Assembly (NCBI GenBank): GCA_951406725.2
Contig: OX597833.1
Span: 14,570,001-14,634,000, forward strand
DNA length: 64,000 bases
Direction of reading: 5' to 3'
Origin: Octopus vulgaris
Lineage: Eukaryota
A program made the translations under genes and the position numbers. Below, in pieces: positions 25,088-38,310 of this stretch. Within the stretch, counting starts at the first letter, position 1, and each line of letters opens with the position of its first letter. The notes under the pieces are model-generated. The model made no database searches, had not been told where the DNA came from, and saw only the letters and a list, made by a program, of their open reading frames with translations.

Positions 25088-26544
25088 CGTTGGTTTATAT
25101 TATAATACCTGGTCAAACTTATAACAACTATTTATTAAAATTTATGCTTAGCATACAACATAGGAACTCCTGTTGGCTCCTGATTGCGCTGATCGGCCAC
25201 TAGTTATTTGCCTGATCTGAAATACGCGCTTAAAACTAAATTAAAGAGGTGAGCAAATGTTGAATTTTATCTTACTGTAGGAGTTTATTGTGCAGTATTG
25301 TATGTTATTATATTTCAATTCATCGTGGCTATATTTTAAAACGTATTTTCTTTTTCACCTCATTAAGACTGTTAACTCAGCATCGGCACAGCGTAAATGG
25401 AAGCAAGAGTCTTTTCAAGAAATCGGAAATGGAAGATTTAGCAAGATCTGAAAAGGGGTGAGGGTATAAAGCAGCTTCCATTCTGAAATATTGATTGGAT
25501 GGATTTCCTTCGCAAAGAGACATTATAAACCTGTTCACACTTGGTTTTTCCGATAAAAATGACCAAGGACAAAGGAGTACATTACCTTAGAACTCAGTAG
25601 CATAAACCTGAATTCAAGTATTTTGTTGATTTCTTTTCTCAGGTAGTCCCAGTTTAATTGCTGCTAAAATTGGCATTAACGTGTTTTATTGCTCAGCATG
25701 AGAACAATCCAGTTTCAGAGATTGTAATAAAGAATATGCTGATTGTCTTTGTGATTAGATTGCATTCAAAGGATAATATTCAGTGCATTAGGAGGTTGAT
25801 TGTGAGAAATAAACTTAATGCTGAAAACAAATATATCAGAACAGCAAGCAACAGTTATTATTTCATGAAAATTTCATTTCATTTATTTTGATTGGAACAT
25901 TAACGGTTCTCATATGATAGGCTCTGCAGAACACGTTTATGCTAGATGGGCACAAATATGTAAGGTAGCATCAAAAGGCCCCTCTTTCGTCGTTAGACTA
26001 GCGTCCAAAAATATTCTATATGACATTGATAGTCCATGTTGTTAAGCAACAAGACGGGTAAGGGTGATTAGGTGATGGTCTAGGGCTTAGTGGCGGAACA
26101 CCAGACCTTGGAAAAAAAACTTTGGTCGTCTTGTTGTTGTCGAGGGCTCTTCGTTGACGCCCGACACAACTGGGAGGTGGCCCTCGAAGCCGCTGGAAAT
26201 AGAGATCTCCAGGTCCAAATTCTTGAACGGCTTGATAGTCCATTGCGCGAGAGTGACAGAGAGATAGATTTTGTTACATTGTCCGCAAATAGGTTAGGTA
26301 GACTTTCATTACGCTTTAAGCAAAGGGAGCAGGTATGCAAATGCTGGCCTTAAAAAACACTTGAAAATGGAATAAAAAAGATTATGCATATGCGTTAGAT
26401 TTTATAAAAGAAAATTTCAGCATCCCTTGCATAATATGAAATCGATGTAGACAAAAAAAAGTCTATGTTATTGTTTGTTAACTTTATGGAGAATCCTGAA
26501 GCCCAGAAACTTTTCTTTCCGGAATGAAGTCAAAGGTTGGTTCC

Positions 26545-26725
26545 AAATTTTAGCTTGGCCAACAAGTTCAAGGGAATGGATAAATCAACTTCTTTGGCTT
26601 CAGTGCTCAACTACAACTTAATTTATCTATCCCAAACCGATGAAAGTCAAAGCCGACCTCAGTAAAATTTGAACTCAGAACGTAAAAAAAGGGGACGAGA
26701 TGCCGCTAAGCATTTTGCTCAGCAT
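26545..26725 (-). mobile_element. Degenerate SINE family A
   Basis: GATGAAAGTCAAAGCCGACCTC..TTTGAACTCAGAACGTA..GCCGCTAAGCATTTTGC. Confidence 0.65.
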
Positions 26726-27718
26726 GTTAACAATTAAATTACTGTCTTAGATCGAAGTCATATATTACATCACAAACCTCTCTAGGCTATTGCTGCAATT
26801 CCTTAAAATGGTCAATAAGAATTTCCTGAAAACATTTGTTACAATCTGTATTTATTGATTAGTTTTACCACACCTCTGATGAACTTCATTTCTACCTTTA
26901 ATTCCTTTTGAATCATGTTCCCTGCAAAATAGCTATCCCTTATTCCTCCAACGGCTCGTCATAAGTTACAAAGCCTGGCTGCATATTGCTATCCGTCTCC
27001 ACTTCGCACATCCCGTATCCACTTTTGTATTTTGACACTTTCTTGTTTTTTGTTCCCCTGAAAGTAACATGCAAACGTGTCACCCGTCAATGTTATCGAA
27101 TCCCTTTGTTTCCACTTTTTAAAAATCTTTCCAAATTATTACCTCATTACAAAAATCTTCATTAGCATCATCATAATTAATACAGTACATTTTTCTGTAT
27201 CGTGTGGGGAAGAAAGCTAGTGCTTTCTTTTTTGTTTTTATATCGGAAAGGAGTGGTTAGGTTTGGTGTCTGTGGTGGAGGGTAACACTTCGAAGGTGTG
27301 GTGGCTGTGGTTTGGGGGTCCAAATACGCTAGACACTTTATACGTCTTCGTACGTATGTTGTGAAAACGCAACATTATTGCTACACATTACAAAAAGATT
27401 CAGAATACGAGGTGGTGGTTAGAAGAAACGGAAGTGGTAGAATGGAGGAAAAAGAAAGAAAGAGAGATAGAAAAGATAGAATATGAAAGACGATAACAGC
27501 GTTCACGAAAGTATCTAACGATATAGAAAAGTAGAATGAAAAGAAAGGGAAAGATTAAGGAAATGATACACCTAAACTTTACGCATAAAAGCCAAACCCG
27601 TGAACGCATGTATAACATATACATACATACTCACTTAATCGAATACATATATACAATAGTAGCATACATGTAAACATGCATACAGATACACAGATACACA
27701 GATATATATATATATATA

Positions 27719-28235
27719 GTTGTATACTGTCAATCTGACACGAGCGTGAGAGTAGTGGGTACACCACCGCTGTTTAGCCCTAGGAAGCATCGGCGCCTCC
27801 TGATGTCTTTGACACATTTTTCCTGTGTCCTTATATACATTTACGAAGGGGAGACAAACACCCTCAGCCGCCCGGGCTGCATCTAGGGACACGTGTTTCA
27901 GGATGATTGTCCTTTGTCGGCCTAGAGTAGCAGACACAGGTCAGCTGACGATATTTGTCTCGACTCGTAATGTATATATCTAAATTTCAGTGAAGTATAT
28001 TCACTGATTATCAAAATCAGAAATACTAAATTTCTAAATCTCTCGTAGAGACATGTACGGTGATAAGGACACAGGAAAAATGTGTCAAAGCCACCAGGAG
28101 GCGTCGATGCTTCCTAGGGCTAAACAGCGGTGGTTTACCCCCTACTGTCACGCTCATGTTAGATTGACAGTATACAACCATTCTATCGCCCCACCACCGT
28201 ACAGGTCTCTACGAGAGATTTAGAAATTTAGTATT

Positions 28236-28241
<6 letters not shown>
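27719..28241. repeat. Nested inverted-repeat cassette A-B-C-A'-C' in (TA)n
   Basis: A 27719-27834 inverts to A' 28063-28178. C 28016-28062 inverts to C' 28195-28241. B 27833-27976 has its own terminal inverted repeats. Confidence 0.85.
27882..27926 (-). ncRNA. Hammerhead-like motif with two core substitutions
   Basis: Reverse strand TCTAGG-CCGACAA-AGGA-CAATCA-TCCT-GAAA-CACGTG-TC-CCTAGA. Perfect stems I, II and III, GUC triplet; core CCGACAA instead of CUGANGA. Confidence 0.6.
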
Positions 28242-28280
<39 letters not shown>

Positions 28281-29095
28281 TATAATCTACATACGTAAAT
28301 ATACGTAAACAAGCGTATATACACCATAACGTATATACGCACGCGAATATATTTAAAACCGTTTGTCAGGTATATTGAATATTAAAGTAGTATAACTTCA
28401 AATTGTAGATTGAAAGAAAGAATCGATAATATAATTAGAGGGATAGTGTAATAATGTAATGTAAAATAAATTTTGGCCTCGGCGAAATTTAAATGAGAAA
28501 ATTTAGTGACTGCCGAAAATCATCAAAAAAATTTTTACTGAGCTCATTAAAGTTCTATCATCACCATCGAATTACAATCAATGATACTAAAAATGATAAA
28601 TAAATACAATGGAAGTTATTAAGTAAATAATAAAAATAACAATGATAAAATTATGATAAAGAATGATGTAAAATAAAAGGAATCCATTCTGGTTTTCGAT
28701 GTCTTTAAAAACACATTTTGGTCGGCTGTAAATATTCGATATCTGTACAGCACACATTAAGCGATTGTAAAAGGGCTTTTGAGATGTGCAATAAAAATCA
28801 AAATTGTGAGGTATATTGTAGGCTAAATTGCATTGTCAGAAAAGAAAAACAATGAAATAACTCAAAAAGGTGCATTTAAAGGTAACGGTTACAAAAAGAC
28901 AATGAAAATGAAATAGAAATTAAACAGTAATAAAAGTTTGTAAACAGTCGAAGGTTTTCCTTGATGGTGTAAAAATGTGCAATGTAAGGGGAGATAAATG
29001 AACGATGAATGTTAAACAAAATGATGCCTATTTGTAGGTGGCGAACAAATGCGGAAGTCAAATATTATTATCAGTATGGTACTTTATCAGTTTAA

Positions 29096-29520
29096 GGCAG
29101 CGAGCTGGCAGAAACGTTTGCACGTCGGACGAAATGCTTTGCGGTATTTCGTCTGCCGCTACGTTCTGAGTTCAAATTCCGCTGAGGTCGACTTTGCCTT
29201 TCATCCTTTCGGGGTCGATTAAATAAGTACCAGTTATACACTGGGGTCGATATAATCGACTTAATCTGTTTGTGTGTCCTTGTTTGTCCTCTGTGTGTTT
29301 AGCCCCTTGTGTGCAGTAAAGAAATAGGTATTTCGTCTGCCGCTACGTTCTCAGTTCAAATTTCGCCGAGGTCGACTTTGCCTTTCATTCTTTCGGGGTC
29401 GATTAAATAAGTACCAGTTACACACTGGGGTCGATAAAATCGACTTAATCATCCGTTTGTCTGTCCTTGTTTGTCCCCTCTGTGTTTAGCCCCTTGTGTG
29501 CAGTAAAAAAATAGGTATTT
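29096..29520 (+). mobile_element. SINE family A dimer
   Basis: Two units joined at GAAATA/GGTATTTCG; ends with ATAGGTATTT. Confidence 0.9.
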
Positions 29521-30195
29521 TATCAGTTGACATTTTATACCTCGTAGGATGTCTTCAGGAATTCAGAAACTCCACTCATTGGTTCAATGCATATTTATCC
29601 TGGAACAGTATGAAGAGCTATTCGGTCTGTTACAAATTGCACTTCATAAGGCGTCTATATGCTCCATGTCTATATGGTGCAACTTTCTCTAAGGTCAGCC
29701 CTCCCTTGATATTGAATGGGCTTCTAAATATCAGTCATATTTAGCAAGACTCGTTGCTGTCATATTTTCGGGGTACCGAAATGAATGTCGATGGGAATAT
29801 AATCTAGTCTTAAAGGAATTTTCTGCAGGTCATGTATATGTTTTGCATTCTTCTGAGCCATCAATTTGTATCCTACTCTACGTCCAGTATTCGAGTACTA
29901 TTTTTTCCTACTATGTTTCACACATATGTGCTTACTTTGATGTATAGTATATATTATATACATCATATACATATATATGTGTGTGTATGTGTGTGTCCCT
30001 TACTACTGCTTGCCAACCATTGTCGGTTTATTTACATCCCCGTAACTTAACGGTTGGGTCACAGAGGTCTGAGCGAAAGGCGCCTGGTTTAAAAGAAAAT
30101 AATTCCGGGGATAAATTTTTTTGTCTAAAACCTCTCAAGGCGTGCCCCAACATGGCCGCAGTTAAATGACTGAACGAAGATAACAGTTATAAATA

Positions 30196-30588
30196 TAGGC
30201 ACAGGAGTGGGTGTGTGGTAAGTAGCTTGCTTACCAACCACATGGTTCCGGGTTCAGTCCCACTGCGTGGCACCTTGGGTAAGTGTCTTCTACTATAGCC
30301 TCGGGCCGACCAAAGCCTTGTGAGTGGATTTCGTAGACGGAAACTGAAAGAAGCCTGTCATATATATGTATTTATATATGTATGTGTGTTTATGTGTCTG
30401 TGTTTGTCCCTCCAACATCGCTTGACAACCGATGCTGGTGTGTTTATGTCCCTGTAACTTAGCGGTTCGGCATAACAGACCGATAGAATAAGTACTAGGC
30501 TTACAAAGAATAGGTCCTGGGGTCGATTTGCTCAACTAAAAGGCGGTGCTCCAGCATGACTGCAGTCAAATGACTGAAACAAGTAAAA
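30196..30588 (+). mobile_element. SINE family B, full length
   Basis: Complete head-to-tail match. An older degenerate 3' half lies just upstream at ~29985-30180. Confidence 0.9.
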
Positions 30589-30614
30589 ACTTTTTAAAAA
30601 ATGTAAAAAAAATA

Positions 30615-30805
30615 TATAGCATTTTTTCCGATGGCCGGATAACTGAAGAGATGGCGGCGTGGGTTTTTGCCCCGATATCCGAAACTCAGAGTTTTATCAT
30701 GGCTACCGAATAATTGTCACATATTACATTTACAGATAAACTCCTCTATTTACATAATATCGAGGTCTCTTTCATTCTTTTGTTGTCTTACCATTTCTAT
30801 CAATA
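30615..30805 (+). mobile_element. PLE-type end, family 3, with HHR motif
   Basis: GATAA-CTGAAGA-GATG...ATC-C-GAAA-CTC-A-GAG-TT-TTATC at ~30638-30698; stem I GATAA/TTATC. Confidence 0.72.
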
Positions 30806-31179
30806 AACACACACACATACATATATATATATATGCGCATGCGTGCGTGATTATATAACATTTATATGTATAATACTGAAACAAGTTGACTCAATCGATA
30901 CCTAAGGCTGTATGCTGTACGATGTTTGTGATACAACGGTACTGATAGCGCGAAAATAAAAATGATAAAAAGTTATTCCAATTCGAATCTTTATTATTTT
31001 ATATTTTATTGAAAGAATATCGACTGACTTGAAAATTTTTACTTTCTTATCAATGAATTCGATATCTCGATAATTAAATATTTGATTTTAAAAATTCTAT
31101 TTGCATTTATTTCGCAAATTTTGGACAGATTCGTAATATTTATTTGCTTTCGAATGTTGAAGTGTTATAGTTGTATAAT

Positions 31180-31942
31180 CTTTTCTACTCTAGGCACAAG
31201 GCCCGAAATTTTGGGGGAGGGGGCCAGTCGATCAGATCGACCTCAGAACGCAACTGGTACTCAATTTATCGACCCTGAAACGATGAAAGCAAAGTCGACC
31301 TCTGCGTAGTTTAAACTCAGAATGTAAACATAGACGAAATACCTATTTCTTTACTACCCACAAGGGGCTAAGCACAGAGGAGACAAACAAGGACAGACAA
31401 ATGGATTAAGTCGATTATATCGACCCCAGTGCGTAACTGGTACTTATTTAATCGACGCCGAAAGGATGAAAGGCAAAGTCGACCTCGGCGGAATTTGAAC
31501 TCAGAATGTAAACATAGACGAAATACCTGTTTCTTTACTACCCACAAGGGGCTAAACACAGAGAGGACAAACAAGGACAGACAGACGGATTAAGTCTATT
31601 ATATCGACCCCAGTGCGTAACTGGTACTTATTGAATCGACCCCGAAAGGATGAAAGGCAAAGTCGACCTCGGTGGAATTTGAACTCAGAACGTACGGCAG
31701 ACGAAATACCTACTTCTTTACTACCCACAAGGGGCTAAACACAGAGAGAACAAACAAGGACAGACAAATGGATTAAGTCGATTACATCGACCCCAGTGCA
31801 TAAATGGTACTTATTTAATCGACTCCGAAAGGATGAAAGGCAAAGTCGACCTCGGCGGAATTTGAACTCAGAATGTAACGGCAGACGAAATACCGCTAAG
31901 CATTTCGCCCGGCGTGCTACCGTTTCTGCCAGCTCGCCGCCT
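31180..31942 (-). mobile_element. SINE family A tetramer, last unit with tail-2
   Basis: Three tail-1 units plus a terminal unit ending CCCCAAAATTTCGGGCCTTGTGCCTAGAGTAGAAAAG. Confidence 0.9.
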
Positions 31943-31989
31943 TTGTGTTATAACTCTACAATGCTCTAGACATATATCTGTTATCTTTT

Positions 31990-32365
31990 ACCTTTGTCAT
32001 ATTTCAGTCATTCGACCCTCTCTAGTACTTGGATTTCTTTTTTTCTAAATCCTGATACTTATTCTATGGAGAACATTTGCTGAACCGCCAAGTCATGAGG
32101 TCGTTAACGCACCAGCACTAGTTGTGAAGTGGTGCCAAGGGAAAAAACGCAAACACAAACAAGCACGTATATATATAGTTATACTGCGGGCTTCTTTCAG
32201 TTTCCACCAATTAAGTCATCTCACAGCGCCTTCGCTGGCTAGAGGCATATTAAAGACACATATAAAAACGCATATATGAAGACACATATTTAAGGTGCCG
32301 GACAGTGAGAATGAACCCTGAATTATATGGTTGGGAAGTAAGCTTCATACCACACAGCCACGCAT
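31990..32365 (-). mobile_element. Old degenerate SINE family B
   Basis: Diverged but colinear match, e.g. GGGCTTCTTTCAGTTTCC and ACCACACAGCCAC. Confidence 0.6.
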
Positions 32366-32485
32366 TCGATCATCGGGCCCTTTGCTGTAAGAAACCCATG
32401 ATTATAGAAGTTCCAGTTGTGGCCTTCCCGTTCGTTATTGAGCTATATTACATGTACCACTATTTTATGGAATACGCTTTTGTAA

Positions 32486-32990
32486 GGCGCCGAGCTGGCA
32501 GAAACGTCTGCCATTACGTTCTGAGTTTAAATTCCGTCGAGGTCGACTTTGCCTTTCATCCTTTCGGGGTCGATTAAATAAGTACCAGTTACGCACTGGG
32601 GTCGATATAATAGACTTAATCCGTCTGTCTGTCCTTGTTTGTCCTCTCTGTGTTTAGCCCCTTGTGGGCAGTAAAGAAATAGGTATTTCGACTGCCGCTA
32701 CGTTCTGAGTTCAAAATCCACCGAGGTCGACTTTGCCTTTCATCCTTTCGGGGTCGATTGATTAACTAATCAAACTTCGATTTCATAAATGATGACCTAT
32801 GCATTCCATTGTCCGGGTGGCGCGTATTTGCTACGAGATCTGTTTAAACATAAGGCGGCGAACTGGCAGAAACGTTAGCAAGCCAGACGAACTGCTTAGT
32901 ACCAGTTACGCACTGGGGACCATATAATCGACTTGATCCGTTTGTCTGTCCTCTCTGTGTTTGGCCCCTTGTGGCTAGTAAAGAAATAGG
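32486..32990 (+). mobile_element. SINE family A fragments (partial dimer 32486-32758, deleted monomer 32853-32990)
   Basis: Direct sequence match to family A. Confidence 0.8.
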
Positions 32991-33099
32991 AATACGTTTT
33001 TGTTTTGATCCACACTGTTTGTTTATTATTGTGATTTAGAGCTGTCACTTCAAATTCAAGACATGTGGAACGTCTTTCTTTTTTATTGATCGATCGTTC

Positions 33100-33325
33100 T
33101 ACTTATGACGGAATTCTGAAAAGCTCCTCCTGGCTTTAAGGGTTTCTCAAAACGCCTGACTTGAGGCCCATACTTCCGAGTTCTTTTATGAGACTTAGAA
33201 AAACTGAAAGACGGCTGCATTAAGTGTTTGAATCTGAAAGGAAAATTTGTTGAATAAAGTCATAATTAACTGATCCTTCAGCATTTTCCTCTACTCAAAG
33301 CCACGAACTTTTCAGTACTATTCAT
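33100..33325 (+). pseudogene. Mariner transposase C-terminal relic
   Basis: KLKDGCIKCLNLKGKFVE* resembles the mariner end L..RW.KC+...G.Y+E*. TIR-like GAACTTTTCAGT follows. Confidence 0.55.
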
Positions 33326-33825
33326 TGTTATTAAACCTTCAGTCAACCGTGAGCGTTCAAAGTTTGATAATAAGCGTTTCACCTATGAACATGTATCAAA
33401 AATATTAATTTGGTTTATCCACATCAGCCATTGTGATTGCGCGTGAACTAGTGGATAGGTTGAAGCACTCTCGATCACAAGGTCAGGGTTTCGATTCTCG
33501 GAACGAGTGGTGTACAGTGCAAAACCCTTTACATGACGTTGGTCAAGAGTTAAATGTACGACCTTGCGACGGACTCGAGTTCTATCAAGAGGGTATGTTG
33601 TAATCTTGGTAGGTTGATCATACGTCGCGGCAAAAGGCTTTGTGAGTGTTGGCTTGAAAATATCCAGTCGCTCACGTACTTCATCATCCGGGCCCTGATA
33701 GTGATTCTCAAACTCTAATATGCCAAATTGAGCGTTGAGTGCGATTTGGCTACTATTTCTAGCTGAACTAACGACTGGTTAGAGTTTCCTCACTCAGTCA
33801 GTATTCAACTATGTTTGCATGTATT

Positions 33826-34479
33826 TATTTCTACTCTAGGCACAAGGCCCGAAATTTTGGGGGAGGGGGCAGTCGATTATAATCACCCCAGTACGCAACT
33901 GGTACTTAATTCATGGACCCCGAAAGGATGACAGGAAAAGTCGACCTCGATGTAATTTGAACTCAAAACGTAAAGACAGACGGAAAACCGGTAATCATTT
34001 CACCCGGCGTACTAACGTTTCTTATTTCTTTATCACCCACAAGGGGCTAAACATAGAGGGGACAATCAAGGACAGACAAAGGGATTAAGTCGATTACATC
34101 GACCCCAGTGCATAATTGGTAGTTATTTAATCGATCCCGAAAGGATGAAAGGCAAAGTCGACATGGGCGGAATTTGAACTCAAAACGTAAAGACAGACGG
34201 AAAACCGCTAAGCATTTCACCCGGCGTGCTAACGTTTCTATTTCTTTACTACCCACAAGGGGCTACACACAGACGGGACAATCAAGGACACACACAGACA
34301 CACAGACGGATTAAGTCGATTAGATCGACCCCAGTGCGAAACTGGTACTTAATTTATCGACCCCGAAAGGATGAAAGGCAAAGTCGACTTCGGCGGTATT
34401 TGAACTCAGAACGCAGCGGCAGACAAAATACTGCTACGCATTTCGCCCGGCGTGCTAACGATTCTGCCAGCTCGCTGCC
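33826..34479 (-). mobile_element. SINE family A trimer, last unit with tail-2
   Basis: Units joined at GAAATA/(A)GAAACGTTAG, a second junction type. Confidence 0.88.
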
Positions 34480-35517
34480 TTACGTTTATACGTATTGTTC
34501 CCTCGATAAGTTGTCAATTTACTAAATTATGTAAGCAAGCAAGATAACCGATTTATGTATCCAAATGATTAGAAACGAAAATCTCCCGCAGGGCATATAA
34601 TTCTTCGAATAATGATTTTTTTTTTTTACACTGACGAAACTCTGCAGTCATTCAAAATTAACTCTAGTTTATTACTATTTCTCGACTCACAGGAATGAAA
34701 GGCAAATACGAACTTAAGTGAGATTCAACATCAAACACAAATATTTTCTTCGACTCGTTAGTGCTTTTGGTATTCTACTACATCTAATTATGTTAAATGG
34801 TCACAGATTTCGACAGACAAATACAATCGATTAAATCTTATCAGTTAAATATTTTCTCAATTCCTTATGAAAGGCGAAATACTCCCCAAGGGAGTTTCGA
34901 ACATAAAGGAAGAAATATAAATTCATTCCACAAATTAATTTCTCTGCTACTCTATTAATTCTGCCGTCGTCCACCCTGGCAAATATATAAATATACACTG
35001 ATTGATTTATCATTATCTTTAGTTGATCTCGCTTCCTCTGTTGTAGTCTGGTGAGAGATTTTAAAACTGCACTAGGCAGAAATACCAGTCTATATTATAT
35101 AAGTTCCAAATATCATTAGCTTCAAGAAAGTTTATATATCTTGTCTTAAATTTCATTAGGTATTGCGCCAATTGAATAAAACATTTTCTGTGATGTCTTT
35201 TGAAAGAGTCATGGCTGCTCTGTAGTTTGGAATTTCTAAATATAAAGCATGTATTCCGGATTCTTATGCAATGTAAGCACTCTGTTCTGTATCCTCAGAC
35301 ATGTAAAGACACGGATAATGTATTATAATAGGATTTAGATTTGAAATTAAACTCTACTTCGCCAGTAAATAACAAATTGTTGTGAAAGAGCTAATTTATT
35401 ATGATATCCTTTAAATTATAACGATAATGTTGATTATATTTTTGCTGCGATGAATGTGACCAGCGGAAGAACAGAATTCTTAACAAGACTCAAACTTCGC
35501 AAATGGTTATGTATTAC

Positions 35518-35890
35518 CCTTTTACTTGTTTCAGTCATTTGACTGTGGCCATGCTGGAGCATCACCTTTAGTCGAGCAAATCGACCCCAGGCTAGTAATT
35601 ATTCTATCGGTCTCTTTTCCTGAACCGCTAAGTTACGGGGACGTAAACACACCAGCATCGGTTGTCAAGCGATGTTGGGAGGGCAAACACAGATACACAA
35701 AAACATACACATATATACATATATACGACAGGCTTCTTTCAGTTTCCGTCTACCAAATCCACTCACAAGGCTTTGGTCGGCCCGAGGCTATAGTAGAAAA
35801 CACTTGCCCAAGGTGCCACGTAGTGGGACTGAACCCTGAACCATGTGGTCGGTAAGCAAGCTATTTAGCACACAGCCACTTCTATGCCTA
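35518..35890 (-). mobile_element. SINE family B
   Basis: Direct match to family B. Confidence 0.88.
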
Positions 35891-35999
35891 TATATGTATA
35901 TGTATTTTGATTATGTAGTAGGCATCTATGTATGTATGTATGTATGTATGTATGTATGTATGTATGTATGTATGCATGTATGTATGCATGTATGTATTA

Positions 36000-36402
36000 A
36001 GGTAGTGGGTAGCGATTTTCTTCACTACTTCGTCGCGGGCTCAGCTGGCTCCGGCTGACAGTACCCGGTATGGGCCCCTATCCAGGGTTACAGAAAGGAG
36101 ACAACCTTCAAAGAAATCCGGAGTGGAGCCCCGTAGGCGGTTTAGTGTTCGACTCGACACTCTTCCGGCAGCTCTTGCAACCAAGCTAGTGCCAAACGTA
36201 ATGCTCTGCACTCCTTTGGACTACGTCAGAAAGGTCGAGAGAGGAGTCCTGACGATTGGGCTACCCAGAATTTTCTTACATCTAGCTCAGGCCTGCGCAA
36301 AACTGGAGAGGAATCTGGAGAGGACATGAAATGGAAAAACCAGACTGGATTAATTCATGCGCAACTCCATTGTCTCCCGAGACAAAAGAATGCCTACAAC
36401 AA
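36000..36402 (+). mobile_element. Probable RTE-derived non-autonomous element (5' UTR-like part joined to a short 3' tail)
   Basis: GC-rich block between microsatellites ending GAATGCCTACAACAA. Resembles RTE UTRs from memory only; no coding motif. Confidence 0.35.
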
Positions 36403-36726
36403 TGTGTGTGTATGTTTGTATGTAAGTGTGTGTATGCATGTATGTGTGTATGCTTGTATGTAAGTGTGTGTATGCATGTATATAAGTGTGTATATGTATA
36501 TCTGTATGTGTGCCTGTTTGTATGTCTGTATATATGTATGCGTGTATGTCGGTATTTATGTTCTGTTTTTAATTATATAAATTCTTCGACTGAAGACGAA
36601 GCTGGTTCCTAACAAGGATAGAAGCTCCAACGTTGGATTGTAGATAGTAAAATCCTTGTCACAATTTTTACCTTGAGAAAAAGTCTTGCTCATTTTCCTG
36701 TTACTCTTCGGGATTGTATTTACATG

Positions 36727-36980
36727 TTTCTTTATTACCCGCAAGGGGCTAAACATAGAGAGGACAAACAAGGACAGGCAAACGAAGATGCATGAGGAAC
36801 CGAAAAACGGATTAAGTCGATTACATCGACCCCAGTGCGTAAATGGTACTTAATTTATCGACCTCGAAAGGATGAAAGGCAAAGTCGACTTCGGCGGAAT
36901 TTGAATTCAGAACGTAACGGCAGACGAAATACGGCTTTGCATTTCGCCCGGCGTGCTAACGTTTCTGCCAGCTCACCGGC
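36727..36980 (-). mobile_element. SINE family A monomer with ~25-bp insertion
   Basis: Direct match; extra AAGATGCATGAGGAACCGAAAAACG in the tail. Confidence 0.88.
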
Positions 36981-37116
36981 TTCACAGATAGTATTTATAA
37001 TGCGTGCGTTATCTGATCGATTTCTTTTTCTGATAACCCTAGCCTATCCACATTGTCACTCGAGCATTTAAAACCAAAACAAAGTGCACCAAGTATAAAA
37101 ATGTAAATTTGAAATA

Positions 37117-37492
37117 TCTCTCTATATAAACGGCAGTTTGTCTGTCTGCGTGTCTGTGTGTCTGTTAGGTTGTACCCTGACCCTGACCACGGCTTTCAAC
37201 CGATTCTGATGAAACTTGACACACACATAGCCCAATGTCATAATTCAAAACTAACGCAGTGAAAATTTTGAAAAAAGTTCCCCCAGTTCTGAAAAAAAAT
37301 CGATAAATTCGACATGGGGTCGAGAATCAGAAACACAAACCACAGACTGTCTAGGGGACGCAACTCGACCTTTTTAACTCTCAAAAAAAATTTACCATAA
37401 TTTTTTTTTCCATTTTTTTGGCTATAACTCTCTAAAAATGCTTTATAGTTATTTCCCTTACAAACCCGGGCAACGCCGGGCGATACTGCTAG
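37117..37492 (+). mobile_element. Non-autonomous Helitron (body type H1)
   Basis: A|TC ... CCCGGGCAACGCCGGG hairpin ... CTAG|T. Copy of 16532-16906. Confidence 0.88.
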
Positions 37493-37949
37493 TCTCGATA
37501 TAAAAGCGGGAGGTTTCGAATCTGTTTTGCAGAAGGGATATTCACATCAGCAGGACAGCTAACTTTTGTGAAAGTGCATGGGTTTTCGTTTCAGTGCCAA
37601 ACAACAATATTCTGCCAGTTATGTTTACACTTGGCAGAAGTTTTGATGGAAAAGTTATATCTGTAACCTTTGTGTTCATGTTTAGAAGTGGCTGTGTGGT
37701 AAGTAGCTTGCTTACTTTAGTACAGAGTGGACGCGTTTTTTTTTCGCGGTGGAACTCACGTCTGTGAAATAGTGAAGCACGACTACTAGGTAAGACACCT
37801 GTTTTCTGGGACTTAGTGGGCGTCCGTTGCTCGTATTATTTATGTTTTCCACACATTTTCAACTCATAATTTTGCCACGTGATGTCTAATGAATCTCCAG
37901 TATTTTTGCCCCTTTTATATTTTCCTAATATATATATATATATATATAT

Positions 37950-38105
37950 ATCTGTAAAATAATATGTGACAATTATTCAGAAGCCAAGATTCGGTTATCT
38001 GGCCAAATAACCAAAGAGATGGTGGCGTTAATTTCCACCTCGGCATCCGAAACTCAGAGTTTTATCTTGGCTACCGAATAATTGTTACATAATATTTTAC
38101 AGAAA
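37950..38105. mobile_element. Palindromic PLE family 3 end
   Basis: TCTGTAAAATAATATGTGACAATTATTC ... GAATAATTGTTACATAATATTTTACAGA. Contains a degenerate HHR ending CATCC-GAAA-CTCAGAG-TT-TTATC. Confidence 0.75.
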
Positions 38106-38310
38106 AAAAAATATATATGATAGATCGATCGCCACTACACACATTTTTCCCTCCCTGTTTCTCTTCTTGTTTTTTCTGTGTTCCTTTGTGTAGAAGAGCG
38201 TAGACTCGAAACGTAAAAGACATTTTCTATTCTTGATCGTTATACTAATATATCTGTTTATTTTGTACACCACCTGTCTTCGTCTTTCGATTTTTTCGTA
38301 AACTCTCTCC
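38106..38310 (+). mobile_element. PLE-type end, family 1, with HHR-like motif
   Basis: CTTT-GTGTAGA-A-GAGC-GTAG-ACTC-GAAA-CG-TA-AAAG, followed by (TA)n. Confidence 0.7.

Noticed and set aside
29520-29810. Possible extra mariner relic (also ~19480-19745)
   Set aside because: Only faint motif resemblance; I could not reconstruct a convincing frame.
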